A DNA stretch of 57,362 nt from Campylobacteraceae bacterium (GTDB lineage: Bacteria > Campylobacterota > Campylobacteria > Campylobacterales > Sulfurovaceae), in contig JALSOO010000030.1 of assembly GCA_026986355.1 (NCBI GenBank), positions 1-57,362 of the forward strand, given 5' to 3'. Below the pieces are notes generated by a model. It saw only the letters and a list, made by a program, of their open reading frames with translations. It was not told where the DNA came from and did not search any database. Positions 52,827 to 57,362 of the stretch are shown here, piece after piece (within the stretch, counting starts at the first letter, position 1; each line of letters opens with the position of its first letter). The position numbers were made by a program, and so were the translations under genes.

Positions 52827-53591
52827 CTATAACATCATCAATAGAATTACTCCAAAGAGTATTCTATAGATACCAAATGCAACAAAAGTAAATCGTTGCA
52901 AAAATATAATTAACATCTTTATAGTAATGTACGCTACAATAAATGCTACTACAAAACCAACTGCAAATGCAGTTAAATCAGCACCGATAAAATCTTTATA
53001 GTGCTTTAACAAATCATATCCACTTACTGCCATCATTACTGGAATTGCCAATAAAAATGAGAATTCGGTAGAAGCTTTACGTCCTACTCCACTTACCATT
53101 CCTGCAATAATCGTTGAACCTGCTCTGCTTGTTCCAGGTACTAGAGAGAGTATTTGACCTAGACCAATAATAATAGCCTGTTTCCATGTAACCTCTTCTA
53201 TCTCTTTGGAGCTACTATTTTCATCTTTATGAAAATATTCTACTACTATAAATATAACTCCACCTAAGATAAACATCCATGCAACGGTCTGGACATTAAA
53301 AATCTCTTTTATCCAATCTTTGAGAATAAACCCAACAATTGCCAAGGGCAAGAACGCTGTAACTATCTTAGACCATAAATCAATCTCTTTTAGATTGATT
53401 TTGTCTTTATATAGCAACATTACAGCTAAAATTGCTGCAAACTGTATAATTACTTCATAGGCTTTAACTACTGCACTCTGTTCTACACCTAAAAATTTAC
53501 TTGCCACAATCATATGACCTGTAGATGAGATAGGTAAAAACTCTGTAAAACCCTCTATTATTCCAATAATAATTGCCTGAAAAATATCCAT
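52827..53591 (-). CDS. uppP: Undecaprenyl-diphosphate phosphatase
   Basis: EGFTEFLPISSTGH, PGTSRAG and EFSFLLAIP. Confidence 0.96.
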   Translation of the reverse strand: MDIFQAIIIGIIEGFTEFLPISSTGHMIVASKFLGVEQSAVVKAYEVIIQFAAILAVMLLYKDKINLKEIDLWSKIVTAFLPLAIVGFILKDWIKEIFNVQTVAWMFILGGVIFIVVEYFHKDENSSSKEIEEVTWKQAIIIGLGQILSLVPGTSRAGSTIIAGMVSGVGRKASTEFSFLLAIPVMMAVSGYDLLKHYKDFIGADLTAFAVGFVVAFIVAYITIKMLIIFLQRFTFVAFGIYRILFGVILLMML

Positions 53592-53697
53592 GACTTCATA
53601 TCCTATATTAATTTAATTTAATTTATAGCTATAATTTATAAATTTTTTTTATATTTACTTGATTTTTTAACATTTTGATTCAAAAAATAGATAATTT

Positions 53698-54318
53698 TTA
53701 AACTATTTTTAAAATCTCTCTCAAATCTTGCACCTCTACACAGTGTGTAGCAGACTCTTTTAAAATCGGTTTCGCACAAAAGGCTACTCGTATATCTGCA
53801 TGTGCAAACATACTCAAATCATTTGCTCCATCACCAACAACCAATGTATCTTCTCGACTAATATTTAGCAGTTTTTGTAGACGTACAATCATATCTCCTT
53901 TTGCATTGGAGTACATCATCTCTCCACCTACAGCACCTGTTAATACTCCATCTTCTTGATGTAAAAAGTTGGAGAAGTCTGCATCTATCCCTAAACGCTC
54001 ACAAGCAGGTTTTGTTGCATCTCTAAAACCTCCAGAGAAACATACTACTCTATATCCACGCTCTTTTAATCCCTCTACTACCTCTTTTGCTCCACTCATC
54101 ATGGGTAGAGATTTACAAATCTCTTCTACCTTGGAGTAGGGTAATCCCTTTAGTAACGCTACACGTTCAACCAAGGACGAATAGAAATCTAACTCTCCTG
54201 CCATTGCTCTATCGGTAATAGCTACTACTCTATCCTCGATACCTAACTCTTTTGCAAAAAAATCTATAGTTTCGCCATTCATTAGGGTCGAATCAAAATC
54301 AAATACGGCTAATTTCAT
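53698..54318 (-). CDS. serB: Phosphoserine phosphatase
   Basis: FDFDSTL, SGGF and GDGANDL HAD motifs. Confidence 0.95.
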   Translation of the reverse strand: MKLAVFDFDSTLMNGETIDFFAKELGIEDRVVAITDRAMAGELDFYSSLVERVALLKGLPYSKVEEICKSLPMMSGAKEVVEGLKERGYRVVCFSGGFRDATKPACERLGIDADFSNFLHQEDGVLTGAVGGEMMYSNAKGDMIVRLQKLLNISREDTLVVGDGANDLSMFAHADIRVAFCAKPILKESATHCVEVQDLREILKIV

Positions 54319-54392
54319 CTATTTATTACTACCTCTATGTTAAATTTTGGTAGAATTATAGCCAATTACTTGTTAGGATTAAAATATATTAT

Positions 54393-55316
54393 ATGTTTGA
54401 AAAATTTTGTAAAACTCTCCATAGCGATAAACCCTTTATAACCGTAGAGATTACTCCACCTCATGGAGCATCTATTAAGCCTACAATAGAGAAGATAAAA
54501 AATCTAAATCTTGATAAAAAAGTAGCAGGATTTTCCGTAACGGATAACCCATTAGCTCAACTCAAAATGTCAGGGGTTCTCTCGGCAATTCAGATACAAG
54601 AAGCCTTTAAAAAGCCTGTCATTGCAACAATGAGTATGAGAGATAAAAATAAAATTTCTCTTCAATCTACACTATTAGGTGCGAATGATTTTGATTTGCG
54701 ATGCGTATTGGCTCTTACAGGAGACCCAGCTAAACTATCTGACCAACCAGAAGTAAAAGGTGTATTAGAGCGTGACTCTACTCTACTTCTTAGTATAATC
54801 TATAGATTAAATAATGGGTTTGACTACTCAAACAAAGAGTTAAAGCCTAAACCAAAACCTATATATCCTTTTGCTGTTGCAAACTCCTATGCCAAAGATA
54901 TGAGACGAATCAAAAAGAAGATGCTTAAAAAGCTAAATTATGGAGCAAGAGGTATTATTACTCAGCCTGTTTATGATATAAATAATGCCAAAGAGCTTAT
55001 TGAGATATTTCAAGAGTGTCAATATGAGAGTGTAAGAGATACAGCAAAAGATGCTGTATTGATATTGGGGCAATTCCCAGTCGTTCGTGCAAGAACAGCT
55101 AACTTTATATCAGATAGAGTGCCAGGTATTACTGTACCAAAAGATATAATAGATGAGATGAATTTAGCTACGATGGACGGTGTAGAAAAGGAGCAAGAGG
55201 TTGGATTTGCTATCTCAAAAACGGTTTTTGATGATATAATAAAACTTCATCCAAAAGTACATTTGATGACACACAATAATTTTGAGTTGTGTTTGGCATT
55301 AATTGGTGACAATTAA
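54393..55316 (+). CDS. metF: Methylenetetrahydrofolate reductase
   Basis: EITPP, TDNP, MRDKN, LALTGD and IITQPVYD. Confidence 0.85.
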   Translation: MFEKFCKTLHSDKPFITVEITPPHGASIKPTIEKIKNLNLDKKVAGFSVTDNPLAQLKMSGVLSAIQIQEAFKKPVIATMSMRDKNKISLQSTLLGANDFDLRCVLALTGDPAKLSDQPEVKGVLERDSTLLLSIIYRLNNGFDYSNKELKPKPKPIYPFAVANSYAKDMRRIKKKMLKKLNYGARGIITQPVYDINNAKELIEIFQECQYESVRDTAKDAVLILGQFPVVRARTANFISDRVPGITVPKDIIDEMNLATMDGVEKEQEVGFAISKTVFDDIIKLHPKVHLMTHNNFELCLALIGDN

Positions 55317-55364
55317 TACACAACATTGAAATATACTTAGGTTAAAAAAAATAAAGGAAAAAAG

Positions 55365-55757
55365 ATGAATGAACATGAATCCTTTCATGATTTAGGACAA
55401 TTTCATGAACAGACAGCTACACACGCTATAAATGGAGCTAATAGTGTAGGAGATACCCCATTCCCATTTTTAGATATGGGGACAAGTTTTGTTATAGGGT
55501 TAGCTATTGGCTATTTTTTAAAAAAGAGTTTTAAATTTCTATTGATTCTATTAGGACTTGGTCTTGTTGTGCTTTTTATATTAGAGTCAAAAGGTATGTT
55601 TCATGTCGATGACCAAGCTATTCAAAATGGTGTCTCTTCTGGTGTGGACTCTTTTCAAAATATTGTAGCAATGCTAAAAGATAGACTCTCTCATATGGAG
55701 CTTACTACAGGTGCAGGGGCTATTGCTGGTTTCTTTGCAGGTCTAAAGTTTGGCTAG
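55365..55757 (+). CDS. FUN14-domain membrane protein
   Basis: G.SF..G.AIGYFLKK and C-terminal GF..GLK.G pattern. Confidence 0.75.
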   Translation: MNEHESFHDLGQFHEQTATHAINGANSVGDTPFPFLDMGTSFVIGLAIGYFLKKSFKFLLILLGLGLVVLFILESKGMFHVDDQAIQNGVSSGVDSFQNIVAMLKDRLSHMELTTGAGAIAGFFAGLKFG

Positions 55758-56790
55758 TAGAGTTAAACTTTTAGTATCTGCTCTTGAACCCTCTTCTAAT
55801 CTTCATCTAAAAGAGATGTTAAAATATACTCAAGATGTTGAACTCTTGGGTATCTTCGATAAATCTTTAGGCTCTCCTCTCTATGATATTTCAGATATGG
55901 CAATTATGGGCGTAGTTGATGCTATCAAAAAACTGCGTTGGTTTTTTCAAGTAGCTAACGAAATGGTTGAGTTGGCAAAAGATGCTGATAAAGTTCTACT
56001 TATGGACTCTTCGGGATTCAATCTCCCTTTAGCTAAAAAACTAAAAAAAGCATATCCCAATAAAGAGATTATCTACTATATCCTTCCTCAAATATGGGCA
56101 AGTCGTCCTAAACGTGCTATCAAATTAGAAAAATATTGCGATAGATTGTTGGGAATACTCCCTTTTGAAGTTGACTATTACAAATCAAAAGCAGAGTATA
56201 TAGGACACCCTCTATTAGATGAGATAACGATTAAGCATCAACCAAATAGTAGTGCTATCTCTTTTATGGCAGGAAGCCGAAAGAGTGAGATTAGTAGACT
56301 TTTACCAATTTTCAAAGAGTTACAAAAAGAGTTAAAAGATAGAGAGTCGTTACTGATTATACCAAGTAGTTTTTCTAATGAAAAGATAGAAAATCTATAT
56401 GGAGATATATCTATGTTTACAATAGAGAGAGATACCCATATAGCTTTAGCCAAATCAGAGTTTGCCTTTATCTGTTCAGGTACTGCCACATTAGAGTCTG
56501 CTATGATTGGTACACCCTTTACACTCTGTTATATTGCAAAGAAGATAGACTACTTTATAGGTAAAAAACTCTTAAATATAAAACAGGTTGGACTTGCTAA
56601 TATTATATTGACTAACCATAATGGTACAACTCTACACAATGAACTATTGCAAGATGAGGTAACAGTAGAGAATCTACTACAAGAGTATTATCAAACCAAT
56701 AGAGCTATCTTTGCAGAAAAAGCTAAAGAGTTAAAGAGTTATTTAGGGCATGGAAGCTCCAAATATGTAGCTCAAATCATAGAGAAATAG
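55750..56790 (+). CDS. lpxB: Lipid-A-disaccharide synthase
   Basis: SALEPSSN, DSSGFN, PQIWA, ILPFE, GSRKSE and SGTATLE. Confidence 0.95.
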   Translation: MASRVKLLVSALEPSSNLHLKEMLKYTQDVELLGIFDKSLGSPLYDISDMAIMGVVDAIKKLRWFFQVANEMVELAKDADKVLLMDSSGFNLPLAKKLKKAYPNKEIIYYILPQIWASRPKRAIKLEKYCDRLLGILPFEVDYYKSKAEYIGHPLLDEITIKHQPNSSAISFMAGSRKSEISRLLPIFKELQKELKDRESLLIIPSSFSNEKIENLYGDISMFTIERDTHIALAKSEFAFICSGTATLESAMIGTPFTLCYIAKKIDYFIGKKLLNIKQVGLANIILTNHNGTTLHNELLQDEVTVENLLQEYYQTNRAIFAEKAKELKSYLGHGSSKYVAQIIEK

Positions 56791-56799
56791 GAATTTATT

Positions 56800-57362
56800 A
56801 TGCTAGTCCATATCTGTTGTGCTGTTGATAGCCACTACTTTTTACAAAAACTTCAATTTGAATATCCCAATGAAAAGCTAATAGGGTTCTTTTATGACCC
56901 AAATATACACCCATATAGCGAATATCAACTACGATTACTTGATGTAAAACGCTCATGTAAGATGTTAGGTATAGAGCTGATTGAGGGAGAGTATGATACC
57001 AATAGTTGGCTAGAGGCTGTTAGAGGGTTTGAAAAAGAGCCTGAAAAGGGAGCTAGGTGTGCTATTTGCTTTGATAGACGTTTTGAAGTAACAGCTCAAA
57101 AGGCTTTTGAGTTAGGAGAGAAGAGTTTTACCTCAACACTCTTAACCTCTCCTAAAAAATCATTAAAACAGCTCAAATATTCAGGAGATGCTTTAGGAGA
57201 AAAATTTGGTATAGAGTTTATCGCTCCTGATTATAGAAAAGCATCTGGAACACAAGAGCAGAATATCTTAGCAAAAAAAGATTCTCTATATCGTCAAGAC
57301 TATTGTGGGTGTCTATTTGGTCTAACGATACAACGTAAACAACAGAGAAAATTAGCAGATGA
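56800..57362 (+). CDS. queH: Epoxyqueuosine reductase QueH, truncated by window edge
   Basis: Not in ORF track; read manually: MLVHICCAVDSHYF, FYDPNIHPYSEY, RCAICF and YRQDYCGC. Confidence 0.9.
   Translation, partial: MLVHICCAVDSHYFLQKLQFEYPNEKLIGFFYDPNIHPYSEYQLRLLDVKRSCKMLGIELIEGEYDTNSWLEAVRGFEKEPEKGARCAICFDRRFEVTAQKAFELGEKSFTSTLLTSPKKSLKQLKYSGDALGEKFGIEFIAPDYRKASGTQEQNILAKKDSLYRQDYCGCLFGLTIQRKQQRKLAD

Noticed and set aside
54380-54395. Leaderless metF (TAAAAT 7 nt before ATG)
   Set aside because: An alternative TAGAAT near 54350 and an upstream AGGA give an equally plausible leadered arrangement
1362-56489. Numerous 60-160 aa ORFs antisense or out of frame to real genes (e.g. 9683-10168, 30611-30934, 42218-42538, 48121-48459)
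   Set aside because: Shadow ORFs overlapping well-supported genes, with no recognisable motifs
1-57362. CRISPR arrays, tRNA/rRNA, riboswitches, dif site
   Set aside because: Intergenic gaps are short and AT-rich, and none of these signatures was seen by eye; a covariance-model scan would be needed to exclude small RNAs

Overview
AT-rich chromosomal window from a Campylobacterota (Epsilonproteobacteria) genome, probably Sulfurovum/Sulfurimonas-like. This is inferred from the gene order ctpA-purC-purS-purQ divergent from clpB, the oadGAB-pckA block and TATAAT/AAGG expression signals. Most of the window is housekeeping: purine synthesis, clpB, gdhA, coaBC, dnaJ, thiI, selO, apaH, prmC, pckA, oad, a DEAD-box helicase, uppP, serB, metF, lpxB and queH. 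Two accessory-looking parts stand out. (1) A ~21 kb Wzx/Wzy/Wzc-type polysaccharide locus (6599-27416) with rmlAB-fdtA-GNAT-fdtB, two AsnB-like amidotransferases, a FemAB/GNAT protein, DUF354, a deacetylase-like protein and an apparently membrane-helix-less priming transferase. It is capped by a convergent exported parallel beta-helix protein that, from memory, closely resembles Methanosarcina disaggregatase-related proteins and starts immediately after the clpB stop codon. (2) A single PtuA/AAA_15-like defence-type ATPase inserted in the prmC operon, whose C-terminal tail looks like the end of its usual HNH nuclease partner, suggesting a deletion-fusion. No rRNA, tRNA, CRISPR array, transposase or integrase was recognised. 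All homology calls are from recognition of motifs and remembered families, not from database searches.
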